From the NCBI GenBank assembly GCA_016198685.1, contig JACQID010000003.1, forward strand, positions 1 to 31,468: a stretch of DNA of 31,468 bases, read 5' to 3'. This document shows, piece after piece, positions 1 to 9,041 of this stretch. The first letter of the stretch is position 1, and each line of letters starts with the position of its first letter. A model generated the notes under the pieces. That model was given only the letters and a program-made list of their open reading frames with translations, searched no databases and was not told where the DNA came from. Both the position numbers and the translations under genes were made by a program. The DNA comes from Candidatus Aenigmatarchaeota archaeon. GTDB lineage: Archaea; Aenigmatarchaeota; Aenigmatarchaeia; GW2011-AR5.

Positions 1-77
1 CTTCTTAGTAGTATTTATTGTTTTATGTAGATTTGATATTTATATAATTATCTATTCACTACTGGAGCGGAAATGCT

Positions 78-116
78 CTAAAATCCCACATGTGGGAAAA
101 ATTTGGGGGATTTTAG
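78..116. promoter_or_regulatory. Inverted repeat with internal perfect palindrome (possible operator)
   Basis: CTAAAATCCC (78-87) and GGGATTTTAG (107-116) are exact reverse complements; TCCCACATGTGGGA (84-97) is a perfect 14-bp palindrome; non-coding context. Confidence 0.45.
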
Positions 117-274
117 ACTATATTCTAAAAATATCCAAGATAACGACAGATCATGGAACACATGACCAGAGACGGGCAAAGCACGATATTTGTCTGCTTT
201 CATGAACGGGCTATTGCGGGGTTAGTGGAAATTATTTATAGCACTGCTATGATATGTATAGAGAGGTGCTAAAA

Positions 275-346
275 ATGGCGGAAAAGAAGAAAGCGGCAAA
301 GAAGCAAAGCGAAGAATCCAAGAAGAACGTCTGCGAATTTTGTTAA
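275..346 (+). CDS. 23-aa Lys-rich microprotein with C-terminal CxxC (MAEKKKAAKKQSEESKKNVCEFC)
   Basis: Translated by hand. TTTATA box at 235-240, SD GAGGTG at 263-268, ATG 275, TAA 344-346, 11 nt before the next gene. Confidence 0.75.
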   Translation: MAEKKKAAKKQSEESKKNVCEFC

Positions 347-357
347 GGTTTTAATGG

Positions 358-1161
358 ATGAAAAGCGCTATTTTCTTGTTTTTGGCAATAATTCTCCTAG
401 CTCCAGCTTCATTCTCGCATGAAGAAGCGAAAAGCAACTTCGTTCGGTTTGATTTTGCCTTAGCCGGCATCGCAGGGCTTGCAGCATTGTTAATCCTTAC
501 TGCTATAAGCATGCTTTACGGAAAGAAAGCGAAGGATGGGACAAAAAAAACGCTAATGGCGTTCTTTATCTTGGCGGCAATCGGAACAACTCTTTATCTT
601 GCAGGCGGCACGGTTTATACTAACATGATTTCCGAGACCGGGGGGCCGGTTCATTGGCATGCTGATTTCGAAATATGGAATTGCGGCACAAAGCTTGACC
701 TGATAGACCCTACCGGATTGTCAAACAGGGTTGGAAGCTCAGAGATACACGAGCATGGCGATGACAGGATACACGTTGAAGGCGTGCTGATACGCAAGAA
801 CGAAGCAAGTTTGCATCATTTCTTTGAACTTACAGGGAGCGAATTTACCAATGATCATCTCATGCTCCAGACTAACGGCGGATACTCTGAAATGACCAAT
901 GGCCAGACATGCAACGGCAAGGTAGGCAAGCTTCAGGCATTCCTTTACAGGATAACAAACCCGAATACTGTAACTAAGACAGGATTCATATACGAGCAGG
1001 TCAAGCTCGATAATGCAGGGGATTACGTTCTCTCGCCCTACATAAACGTTCCTCCAGGAGACTGCATAATCATAGAATTTGGCGAGGAGAAGAATTCAAC
1101 TGACAAAATATGCGAAACCTATAGAATAGCCATTGAAAGAGGTGACGTACGTGGCGGTTGA
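358..1161 (+). CDS. Membrane protein with His-rich extracellular domain (HWHADFEIxxCG, HEHGDDRIHVEG); putative metal-binding
   Basis: ORF track; signal/TM segments in the first about 90 aa, clustered His and four Cys in the soluble domain. Confidence 0.75.
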   Translation: MKSAIFLFLAIILLAPASFSHEEAKSNFVRFDFALAGIAGLAALLILTAISMLYGKKAKDGTKKTLMAFFILAAIGTTLYLAGGTVYTNMISETGGPVHWHADFEIWNCGTKLDLIDPTGLSNRVGSSEIHEHGDDRIHVEGVLIRKNEASLHHFFELTGSEFTNDHLMLQTNGGYSEMTNGQTCNGKVGKLQAFLYRITNPNTVTKTGFIYEQVKLDNAGDYVLSPYINVPPGDCIIIEFGEEKNSTDKICETYRIAIERGDVRGG

Positions 1162-1861
1162 AGCATATCTTCCTACACTGGGCGTTGTAATAACGACAGC
1201 ACTCATTGATTCGATCAATCCCTGCGCCATCGGCGTTTTGATACTCATGCTTTCCGTGCTTGTCTCGGCAAAGCAGGACGTGCGGAAGCTCCTGCTACTC
1301 GGGGGCGTATACATATCCTCGGTGCTTGTGGTTTATTTCCTTGCAGGTTTGGGGCTCATGTACTTCTTTGCGTCAATTCCGCTAGCCTTAACCGAGTACA
1401 TATCGATTGCAGTCGGGCTATTCATCATTCTGGCCGGTCTTCTGGAAATAAAGGATTACTTCTGGTACGGGAAATGGCTCTCGCTCACCATACCGCCGTT
1501 CCTTGCAAAGAAACTGCATAACTACTCAAGCAACGCGACAATTCCAGGCGTTATATTCCTGGGTGCATTCGTCTCTGCAGTGGAGTTGCCATGCACCGGC
1601 GCTCCGTATCTCGCCATCATTACTATGCTGTCCCAGTATTTTGACTTCACTGCGCTGATGATGCTTCTGCTCTACAATATAATATTCGTCTCGCCGTTGA
1701 TTGTGATATTGCTGCTCGTGGCATCGGGCAAGAAGCTCTATGACGTCAAGAAGTGGAAGGAAGATAACAGGGGTGCGATGCGCCTCTTCATAGGCGTGAT
1801 GCTTATTGCCATGGGCTGGCTGCTTATACTGATATCCAACGGAACGATCAACTTCGGATGA
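1151..1861 (+). CDS. CcdA/DsbD-like (cytochrome c biogenesis/GAP family) thiol-disulfide transporter membrane protein
   Basis: About 6 TM helices, DSINPC and ELPCTGAPY Pro-Cys motifs; GTG start at 1151 preceded by SD GAGGTGA (1139-1145). Confidence 0.8.
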   Translation: MAVEAYLPTLGVVITTALIDSINPCAIGVLILMLSVLVSAKQDVRKLLLLGGVYISSVLVVYFLAGLGLMYFFASIPLALTEYISIAVGLFIILAGLLEIKDYFWYGKWLSLTIPPFLAKKLHNYSSNATIPGVIFLGAFVSAVELPCTGAPYLAIITMLSQYFDFTALMMLLLYNIIFVSPLIVILLLVASGKKLYDVKKWKEDNRGAMRLFIGVMLIAMGWLLILISNGTINFG

Positions 1862-2139
1862 CAATTATGGCAAGTACTGTTGTAAAGAGAAAAGGCCACG
1901 AGGAAAAGTTCAGCGAAGCTAAGCTGCGGGGCGCCGTTTTAGGTGCCTGCGGCGCGGCTCACATGGAAAGGAAGGTGTCGATGGAAATATCAAAGAAGGT
2001 AGTCGCCGAAATCAAAGCATGGGCGGACAAGAAAAAGGCTGTGAGCTCGGATGACATATTCAGGCAGACCATAAAAGCCCTGAAGAAACACGACAAGAAT
2101 GCATCCTACATGTACGAAACGCACAGGGATATTTCCTGA
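1858..2139 (+). CDS. Stand-alone ATP-cone domain protein
   Basis: VVKRKGHEEKFSEAKL N-terminal ATP-cone motif; ATGA overlap with the upstream stop. Confidence 0.8.
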   Translation: MTIMASTVVKRKGHEEKFSEAKLRGAVLGACGAAHMERKVSMEISKKVVAEIKAWADKKKAVSSDDIFRQTIKALKKHDKNASYMYETHRDIS

Positions 2140-2172
2140 AGGCAGATAAAGGTTCGTTTGGAATATATCTTT

Positions 2173-2658
2173 ATGGATCTCTTACACTGGAAAAAACGTA
2201 TCATTGAATGCCTGAATTCCACGGAATTTCTTGCGCTTTCCACCTGCCGCAATGGCAGAACGTGGACGTGCCCCGTATTCTTTGCGTATGACGAGAAATT
2301 TAACTTCTATTTCATTTCGCAGCCCGGATCAAAACATATGCAGAATATTCTGGTAAACGGGGAAATTTCAGTGGCTATATACAGCACGAACCAGTCTGCT
2401 GCAGGCGATGTTTTCGGCGTCCAATTTTCAGGCAAAGCCGTTATGCTTCCAGATAGCGAAGTGGAAAAAGCATTTCAAATATATTACACCAGAAGTCCCA
2501 ATGTGGCGGTCATGAAGGACAATACGGCTGAAAAATACAAGGGCCCCAAAGCGCTATGGAAATTCGTAAAGATACTTCCTTCGGAAATTCATATTTTTGA
2601 TACAAAGTCTTTCGGTGAAGAAAGAAAGCAAGTCCCTGTGGAAGCGTGGAAAAGCTAA
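2173..2658 (+). CDS. Pyridoxamine 5'-phosphate oxidase family (split-barrel flavin-binding) protein
   Basis: LALST...P...PVFFAYD...FYFIS...SKHMQNI..N..IS pattern; start could alternatively be TTG 2158. Confidence 0.8.
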   Translation: MDLLHWKKRIIECLNSTEFLALSTCRNGRTWTCPVFFAYDEKFNFYFISQPGSKHMQNILVNGEISVAIYSTNQSAAGDVFGVQFSGKAVMLPDSEVEKAFQIYYTRSPNVAVMKDNTAEKYKGPKALWKFVKILPSEIHIFDTKSFGEERKQVPVEAWKS

Positions 2659-3173
2659 AGCTTTCCGACTTCATATAGGTAAAGTTCTAGTTTTTTGTCT
2701 ACTTTCACGGGCTTCCAGTCCGGGAATTTCCAGTAATAGGTGACTATCCTGGTTCCTTTTTTTAGGCCGGCGAGCTTCTTTTTCAGGAGCTTGTGGGCAA
2801 AGGAGGAAAGAAATATGGTTACTATGGTTGCCCTTGAGAAATCCGCACCGTAGGCGCTTCCTAATTTCAAATCCGGCTCCAGTCCTTTCCATTTCGCGTA
2901 TATCTTTGCGGCGATGAACTTTATGGGTTCTATCTCCACGCCGCCGGCCTTGGCGTGGAATTCTTCGATAGCCATGAATATTATTCTGCCGTCACCGAAA
3001 CCAAGGTCATAGACATAATCATCTTTGTTTGCATTCGCCATTTTCAGCATACTTCTCACGCGATTCATGGATGTTGGCTGCCAGTTTGCCCCGGCAAAGA
3101 CCGGCCAGAAGCTTATGAACAAGAATGCCAGAGCAAGAAAGAGGACAAATGCGACTGGGTAATTGATAGCCAT
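2655..3173 (-). CDS. Class I SAM-dependent methyltransferase with N-terminal TM anchor
   Basis: GA.WQPT, VYDLGFGDGR motif I, GVEIEP, ATIVTIFL. Confidence 0.85.
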   Translation of the reverse strand: MAINYPVAFVLFLALAFLFISFWPVFAGANWQPTSMNRVRSMLKMANANKDDYVYDLGFGDGRIIFMAIEEFHAKAGGVEIEPIKFIAAKIYAKWKGLEPDLKLGSAYGADFSRATIVTIFLSSFAHKLLKKKLAGLKKGTRIVTYYWKFPDWKPVKVDKKLELYLYEVGKL

Positions 3174-3207
3174 GAGATTACTGATGCTACGGTTTATTTA
3201 TGGCTAA

Positions 3208-3744
3208 TCAGAGTTTGACAACAAATATCAAAAGCTCGAAAATAATTATATTGAACATGACATTTATGACGATAGTAGGCCTTGGAGGAATGCCGTAAAC
3301 CAGAGAATCTTTAATCGGTGCTATTATGCCTTTCATGATAATGCATATAATTCCTGCCCATTCCACCGGAATCAGTAGCACAAGAATGCCGGCCGCGGCG
3401 CCTACAATCGCATCTACGGCAACATCAGGCGACGGTATGAGAGGCGGCCAGCCGCCAGAAAGTGCAGGCGTTTTTATCATCCATCTTATTGCTTCCAGAA
3501 ACGGTAGCCCAAAAAAACCGAAAAGGAATGCCGTCATCGGGCCGTAAACTATGCCGGCAAGTATCATCGGCACCGTTATGAATTCTATGCCTAATTCATT
3601 GTTTATGCCGTCAAAAAATCCAGCGAGGACCTTTTCCAGAAATATCAATGTGAAAATCACGGCTGCTGCAGCGCCAATAAAGACCCATGAAACGAAAATG
3701 CCTATTATAAAAGCCACAACAACCGCTATTGCGGTTACATGCAT
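3208..3744 (-). CDS. Integral membrane protein, ECF S-component-like
   Basis: Hydrophobic throughout; GIEF...ILAGIVYGP...G motif. Confidence 0.55.
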   Translation of the reverse strand: MHVTAIAVVVAFIIGIFVSWVFIGAAAAVIFTLIFLEKVLAGFFDGINNELGIEFITVPMILAGIVYGPMTAFLFGFFGLPFLEAIRWMIKTPALSGGWPPLIPSPDVAVDAIVGAAAGILVLLIPVEWAGIICIIMKGIIAPIKDSLVYGIPPRPTIVINVMFNIIIFELLIFVVKL

Positions 3745-3792
3745 GAAATTATCCTTATTAGTATCAGATTCAAACCTTAAAAATGTTTTGCC

Positions 3793-4686
3793 TTAGAGGA
3801 ACCATCTGGCGAGCAGTTTCGGGGCGTGTCTTGCAGATGCAAGAACCATTATGCCGACGAATATGAGGCCGCTGCCTATCAATTGGATGCCGTGCAATAC
3901 TTCTCCAAATACAACAAATGAATAAACCAATATTACAAGCGGCTCAAGTGACGTTATTATTGCAACCTTCGAGAGTTCCATGCTTTGCATTGCCTTGTAG
4001 CGAAGATAGAAGCTCAAAAACGGTCCGGCGAATGCCGCGAGCATGATGAATGGCATGGTTTCTAGCGGGGGCATTATTATTTTTCCCGTCGCGGCGGCAA
4101 ACAAGGCTATGACGAAAAGCATGATGAAATTCCGTATAGTATTCATTTCAACGGGCGGTATCTTTTCTATATATTTTTTGGATATGAATTGCGCGAGAGA
4201 AAAGGCGGCGGCGGAAAAGAGCGCGATAAGAATCCCGGTCTGCAATGTGATTCCGTTGCTATAGCTTATCAATATAGCTCCTACCACGGTTATTGCGCCG
4301 CCGAGAGCCTCGAGCTTATTGAAGCTCTCCTTTAGGAAGACCACGCTCAGAAATACCATTATTATAGTGGAAAATCTCAGGATGAATCCAAGCAGGGACG
4401 GACCTAATAGTTCCAAGCTGTAAAACCAAGTTATAGCGGCCACGGCGTTTATGATGCCCATGATGAGCATAGGATTTGAGTGCTTGACAAATGTTTTCTT
4501 AAGATATGAAGCTTTTTTCTTAAATAGTATAGTGGTCATAGAGAAGACGGATGCAAAAAGAAACGTGAAGAAGGCGCCGGTTTCAGGCGCGACTCCTCCG
4601 CGCTGCGCTATGGTATTGGCTATGAACGAGATTCCTATCACTAAGGAAACGGCTATTGCGAGCAAGTATCCTTTTGCGGCATTCAT
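3793..4686 (-). CDS. DMT/EamA family transporter
   Basis: About 10 TM helices in two EamA-like halves; FLKE and VFGE motifs. Confidence 0.9.
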   Translation of the reverse strand: MNAAKGYLLAIAVSLVIGISFIANTIAQRGGVAPETGAFFTFLFASVFSMTTILFKKKASYLKKTFVKHSNPMLIMGIINAVAAITWFYSLELLGPSLLGFILRFSTIIMVFLSVVFLKESFNKLEALGGAITVVGAILISYSNGITLQTGILIALFSAAAFSLAQFISKKYIEKIPPVEMNTIRNFIMLFVIALFAAATGKIIMPPLETMPFIMLAAFAGPFLSFYLRYKAMQSMELSKVAIITSLEPLVILVYSFVVFGEVLHGIQLIGSGLIFVGIMVLASARHAPKLLARWFL

Positions 4687-4746
4687 GAAACCAACATTCC
4701 TTAAGAAAGCAAGTATTTAAGCGGTCTTAAAAGCCCGCTAATTTGT

Positions 4747-5700
4747 CTAATACCCTCTTTCTAAATCCACTTCATTGGGCATTTTCATGCCTTTCAGGAA
4801 CGCGCGCAGGTTCTGTATGAACACATCAGTCATTCTGTCCATGTATTTTTCAGACCATGACGAGTTGTGAGGCGTGATTATTACGTTTTCCATTTCCCAT
4901 AATGGGCTTTCTTTTCTCAAAGGTTCTTCTTCAAAAACATCAAGCGCCGCCCCGGCTATCCTGCCTGTACTCAAGGCGCTGGCGAGTGCGGCTTCATCGA
5001 CTACCGTGCCGCGGCCCATGCTGATCAGTCTTGCAGTCTTTTTCATTTTTGAAAAGGCATCTTCATTTAATATGTGATACGTTTCTTTTGTGGCCGGCAA
5101 AACAGAGATAACGTAATCAGCATCTGTGAGAACCTCTCCAACGCTGTCTTTGAGGGCATCAACAAACTCTAATTTATTGCCGTTTTCACGGGTGACGCCA
5201 ATGACGTTCATTCCCAGTGCCCTGCACATCTTTGCTATTTCCATGCCAATCCTTCCAAGGCCAAGAATCCCGGCAGTCTTGCCTCGCAGTTCTGACGTGG
5301 GCTGCTCGCGTTTCCATTGGTGCTGCTTCTGGCTTCTTGAGAGCGGGATAAGCGCCTTCTCAAACGCAAGCATGACGGCTGCCGCATACTCGGCCATAGG
5401 CAGTGCATGAATGCCGGATGAATTTGTGAGTATTATACCTTTGAAATCATTAGCGGGAAATCGTTCCACGCCTGCAGAAGTTGCATGTACCCATTTTAGT
5501 TTTTTGCCTTCCTTTGTGCCCGGATAAATAGAGGGATTAGTAAGCAGGATGTCTGCATCATGAAGCTCTTTTTTGGCGGCATCCGCGGTCTCTGCTATCA
5601 CTATGTTTAGGTCAGGCGCTTCGTTCTTTATTTTCTCTATGTGCGAATCCTTTATGGCAAGGACATTATGTTTTCGGTCGCATGCTATGACAAGTTTCAT
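4747..5700 (-). CDS. D-2-hydroxyacid dehydrogenase (NAD-binding)
   Basis: SAGVE, GILGLGRIG, SMGRG, GAALDVFEEEP, ITPH; start set at ATG 5700 (MKLVIA). Confidence 0.92.
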   Translation of the reverse strand: MKLVIACDRKHNVLAIKDSHIEKIKNEAPDLNIVIAETADAAKKELHDADILLTNPSIYPGTKEGKKLKWVHATSAGVERFPANDFKGIILTNSSGIHALPMAEYAAAVMLAFEKALIPLSRSQKQHQWKREQPTSELRGKTAGILGLGRIGMEIAKMCRALGMNVIGVTRENGNKLEFVDALKDSVGEVLTDADYVISVLPATKETYHILNEDAFSKMKKTARLISMGRGTVVDEAALASALSTGRIAGAALDVFEEEPLRKESPLWEMENVIITPHNSSWSEKYMDRMTDVFIQNLRAFLKGMKMPNEVDLERGY

Positions 5701-5728
5701 TAGTATATTTGAAAATCTCGATTTAAAC

Positions 5729-6145
5729 TCATATATCCAGAATAACAAACGTTTTCCATTTATCGTTTTCGTGCCTGACTTGGAACATATGATAAGTCAC
5801 GGCTTTTACATCAACGCCATGCGTCTGTTTTGTATAGTCAAGTTTATCGCCTTTTGCCGTGCAATGAAGCGTTGTACCGTCCCTTTTCAGGCTAAAGGTC
5901 TTGAAGACCAAAAGTTCGGCATCTTTCAGATATATTATCTCGTTGAGCAAATTGAAGAGAAGCTTTTCAGGAGTCGCGCCCTTCACAAAAAACTCTCTTT
6001 GCGTTTTTTCTTTCAATGTCTCCGGTTTTATCATGACGCTTGTCAAAGCTTCAGCCGCAGATGCGCACATATCCTCGAATGTCGCGCCTTCCGCTTCAAA
6101 GGCGACATCAGCTGTTGCTATGTCCTCGCGGATTTTATAGGGCAT
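5729..6145 (-). CDS. Archease (RtcB activator)
   Basis: TADVAFEAEG, LFNLLNEIIYL, DVKAVTYH, C-terminal LDI. Confidence 0.95.
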   Translation of the reverse strand: MPYKIREDIATADVAFEAEGATFEDMCASAAEALTSVMIKPETLKEKTQREFFVKGATPEKLLFNLLNEIIYLKDAELLVFKTFSLKRDGTTLHCTAKGDKLDYTKQTHGVDVKAVTYHMFQVRHENDKWKTFVILDI

Positions 6146-6179
6146 AAATTAATATGCAGCCGAAAGATTAAAGATAATC

Positions 6180-7340
6180 TTACCATTCGGGTCTAAGGCC
6201 GAGAATACTAAAAGCTCTCGTCATGAAAGCCTTTGCCGAGGAAATATACTTTCCTGGAGTCATGGCTTCCGAGAGCCTGACAAGCGTTTCAAGCGCCGGG
6301 CCGGTTTGCATATCATCATTAAGAAACGCAAAAAAATCTTCTTCATACGATGAGATATCAAACGGGGCCGTTCCAGACTGCATATCCCATACAGAGTTTA
6401 GCTTTTTATCAAGCCTTGTTGCTTTATGCATTTCAGACTCAGAAAACTGCCATTCTTCCCGGTAATGGTGCATAAGTATTGCGATCCGCACGGCATTTGC
6501 AGTGTGAGACTTAAGCAGATTTTCAGCCATTACAAGATTTCCTAAAGATTTGGACATTTTCTTGCCCTGATAATATACCATGGCCTTATGTACCCATATG
6601 GTCCCTCTGTACACGGACGGATCCTGCGCAATCTCGCATTCATGATGAGGAAATATGAGATCAGAGCCTCCTCCATGTATATCCGCCTTTTTCATATATT
6701 TTCTGGCCATTGCCGTGCATTCTATATGCCAGCCTGGCCTGCCTTTCGACCACGGGGAGTCCCATGAAGCTTCATCTTCGCCTGAACGCTGCCAAAGAAC
6801 AAAATCGAGAGGATCTTTTTTGTTTTCGTCATCGGGATTGTTCCCCCTTTCGTTGGCTATCGGAAGCATTTCATTTTTCTTGAGCTTGCTTAGAGTCCCG
6901 AATTTTTTGAATTTGGAAACGGAGAAATAGACATTGCCGTTGCTTTCATATGCCTTGCCCTTTTTAACAAGGGATCTTATTATCTCAATCATTTCAGGTA
7001 TGTGATCTGTGGCCCTGCAATATATGTCAGGCCTTTCGTTTCCTATGCGATCCATCTGCGTCAGAAAATAGCGGGTATTCTCATCGCCAAGCCGCCTCCA
7101 GTTCTTTCCTGATATCTTCGCTTTCTTGAGTATGTCGTCATCTATGTCTGTGACATTTTGCACATATAGTGTGCGTCTTCCCATGTAACGCAGGTATCTT
7201 ATCAGGACATCATAAAAGACGTAAAGCGACGCGTGACCGAGATGCGCCACGTCATAAGGCGTTATGCCGCAGACGTAAATTCCTGTTTTCTTGGGCACAA
7301 GCTCTTTCTTTTGTGTCATTATGTTGTAAAGTCGGAACAT
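6180..7340 (-). CDS. CysRS-superfamily ligase, MshC-like (short, no anticodon-binding domain)
   Basis: YVCGITPYD, HLGH, QNVTDIDD, GRPGWHIEC, DIHGGGSDLIFPHHE, KMSKSLGN; only 386 aa. Confidence 0.85.
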   Translation of the reverse strand: MFRLYNIMTQKKELVPKKTGIYVCGITPYDVAHLGHASLYVFYDVLIRYLRYMGRRTLYVQNVTDIDDDILKKAKISGKNWRRLGDENTRYFLTQMDRIGNERPDIYCRATDHIPEMIEIIRSLVKKGKAYESNGNVYFSVSKFKKFGTLSKLKKNEMLPIANERGNNPDDENKKDPLDFVLWQRSGEDEASWDSPWSKGRPGWHIECTAMARKYMKKADIHGGGSDLIFPHHECEIAQDPSVYRGTIWVHKAMVYYQGKKMSKSLGNLVMAENLLKSHTANAVRIAILMHHYREEWQFSESEMHKATRLDKKLNSVWDMQSGTAPFDISSYEEDFFAFLNDDMQTGPALETLVRLSEAMTPGKYISSAKAFMTRAFSILGLRPEW

Positions 7341-7380
7341 GAATTATTATTTGATGGCAATTATTTAGTGTTTTAGGCTA

Positions 7381-7397
7381 AAGAAAAATATTTATAG
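7381..7397 (+). promoter_or_regulatory. BRE + TATA box for the leaderless gene at 7419
   Basis: AAGAAAAA followed by TATTTATAG, about 25 nt upstream of ATG 7419. Confidence 0.6.
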
Positions 7398-7418
7398 CAG
7401 ACTCGACATTATTACCAA

Positions 7419-8798
7419 ATGAAGATTGCTTTGCTTTTTCCTGTTCTTCTTCCGGTTATTTTAGTGGCATGCATGGCATATCCTGCAATGGCCGAGGACG
7501 CTGGAGATACGCCTGGAAAAATGCATATGGAAAGGCTGAAGAACCTAAATAATGACAGGATCAACGCCTTGGACGAGAGTTCCAAGAAGAATCTAAACCG
7601 TTTGAATGACAGGGCGCTCGATAAGATAGAGAGGCTCGGACAAGAAAAGATTGAAAAGCTCGCTTCTCTTGAAAAAAGCGGCATGCGGAGGGTCGCTTCC
7701 CTCAATCAGGAGCGTCTGAATTCGCTGACAGACCTTGACAGGGAGAGGCTAGAAAAGCTGGCAAGATTAGGAAATGCAAAGATAGAAGAGTTTTCACGCA
7801 TGGACAGCGACGTATTGCGCGAAAAAATCGATTCGATAACCGTTCATGCTGTTTCCAAAGAGAGACTCATCCGGGCCCGTCCTATCGATCGCGCGTCTTT
7901 AGCGGATGCGAAGGAAAGGGTTGAAACGTCGAAGAATCTTCTTTTATCCGCTCGCGATCAGGTGGCCGACAGAATTGCAGAGTTGCGGGCAGCCAAGTCA
8001 GAGATAGCTGCGTGCCGTGAATCCAACGTCACAGGATGCGAAGCGACAAGGCAAAAATCTATTGAGAACGCAAAGATTATTGTGGCAGGCTCTGCGGACA
8101 AGGCCATAGAAGCCTTGAAGAAGACAAAGGCCCGCATAGAAAGCAGCGAGTTTATCGACGCATCCGCGGCTGAAGATGCGATTGCAGACATAGACCTCTC
8201 TATCGGGTATCTTGAATCTGCAAAAGAGCGAGCCCAGAGCGCAGAAACGTCGGAACAGCTCAAGGAGGCGGCTTTGGAAATAAAAGCAGTATGGAACATG
8301 GGGGAAAATAGCATGAAACTTCATGCTTCATTGACCGCACGTTCGCATGCAGATTATAGCGCGAAAAGGCTGCTGCACGCTGAAAAAAGGCTGGATCAGA
8401 TACTCTCTTATGCAGACCAGAATGGAATAGATACTTCATTGCTTGAGCCGCGGGCAGCTGAATTTTCATCTGCGGTTGAGAAGGCGCGCGCAAAAGCGGA
8501 GGATGCAAGAAAGACGTTCGACGAGGCCCGTACCGCAAGGCAGGATGCATTGGCCGATGGCAATATCAGTGCCGATGAGAAGGCTTCTGTCAAGAGCCTC
8601 ATTGAGCGGGGAGTTGCGCTACTGAAAGAATCCAATACGGCAGCAAAAGATGCCCACATCATGCTACTTGATATCGCAAAGACGATAAGGGAGTCCTACA
8701 AGGAAATAAAAGTGACGGAGTCGCAGATAGTCAATGCTGAAGACGAGCTTCCGGAAGAGATAGGCGAGCCCGAAGCCGTGGAAATAATCGAGGAATGA
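7419..8798 (+). CDS. Secreted helical/coiled-coil protein with about 11-residue Leu repeats
   Basis: N-terminal signal peptide; repeats such as ERLGQEKIEKL/ASLNQERLNSL/TDLDRERLEKL; Ala/Glu/Lys-rich; acidic tail. Confidence 0.8.
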   Translation: MKIALLFPVLLPVILVACMAYPAMAEDAGDTPGKMHMERLKNLNNDRINALDESSKKNLNRLNDRALDKIERLGQEKIEKLASLEKSGMRRVASLNQERLNSLTDLDRERLEKLARLGNAKIEEFSRMDSDVLREKIDSITVHAVSKERLIRARPIDRASLADAKERVETSKNLLLSARDQVADRIAELRAAKSEIAACRESNVTGCEATRQKSIENAKIIVAGSADKAIEALKKTKARIESSEFIDASAAEDAIADIDLSIGYLESAKERAQSAETSEQLKEAALEIKAVWNMGENSMKLHASLTARSHADYSAKRLLHAEKRLDQILSYADQNGIDTSLLEPRAAEFSSAVEKARAKAEDARKTFDEARTARQDALADGNISADEKASVKSLIERGVALLKESNTAAKDAHIMLLDIAKTIRESYKEIKVTESQIVNAEDELPEEIGEPEAVEIIEE

Positions 8799-8804
8799 TG
8801 AAGA

Positions 8805-9020
8805 ATGAAGATGCTGTTCGTTTTGCTCGCAGGAATCCTCCTGGTATCGGGATGCACTGCAACAATTCCAGAGCAGGCGGCGCCTGGCGATGTTCAGGAG
8901 GGCGCTTCGGATACGACCGCGCAAATCATAAGCGACGCGGATGCTGCACAGGAAGACATTGACACGTCAGAAACCGAAGATATAATCTCTGATCTCGATG
9001 AAGTCATCGGGACAATATGA
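8805..9020 (+). CDS. Small acidic lipoprotein-like secreted protein
   Basis: MKMLFVLLAGILLVSGC lipobox-like signal; 6 nt after the upstream stop. Confidence 0.75.
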   Translation: MKMLFVLLAGILLVSGCTATIPEQAAPGDVQEGASDTTAQIISDADAAQEDIDTSETEDIISDLDEVIGTI

Positions 9021-9041
9021 ATTTGAAGCTCTAATGCCTTG

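Noticed and set aside
153-272. 39-aa + strand ORF (MEHMTRDG...)
   Set aside because: It runs through the TATA box and SD of the 275 ORF; no RBS or motif.
841-849. GAATTTACC matches the reverse complement of part of the putative reRNA guide (10202-10210)
   Set aside because: Only 9 nt, expected by chance in 31 kb; not evidence of self-targeting.
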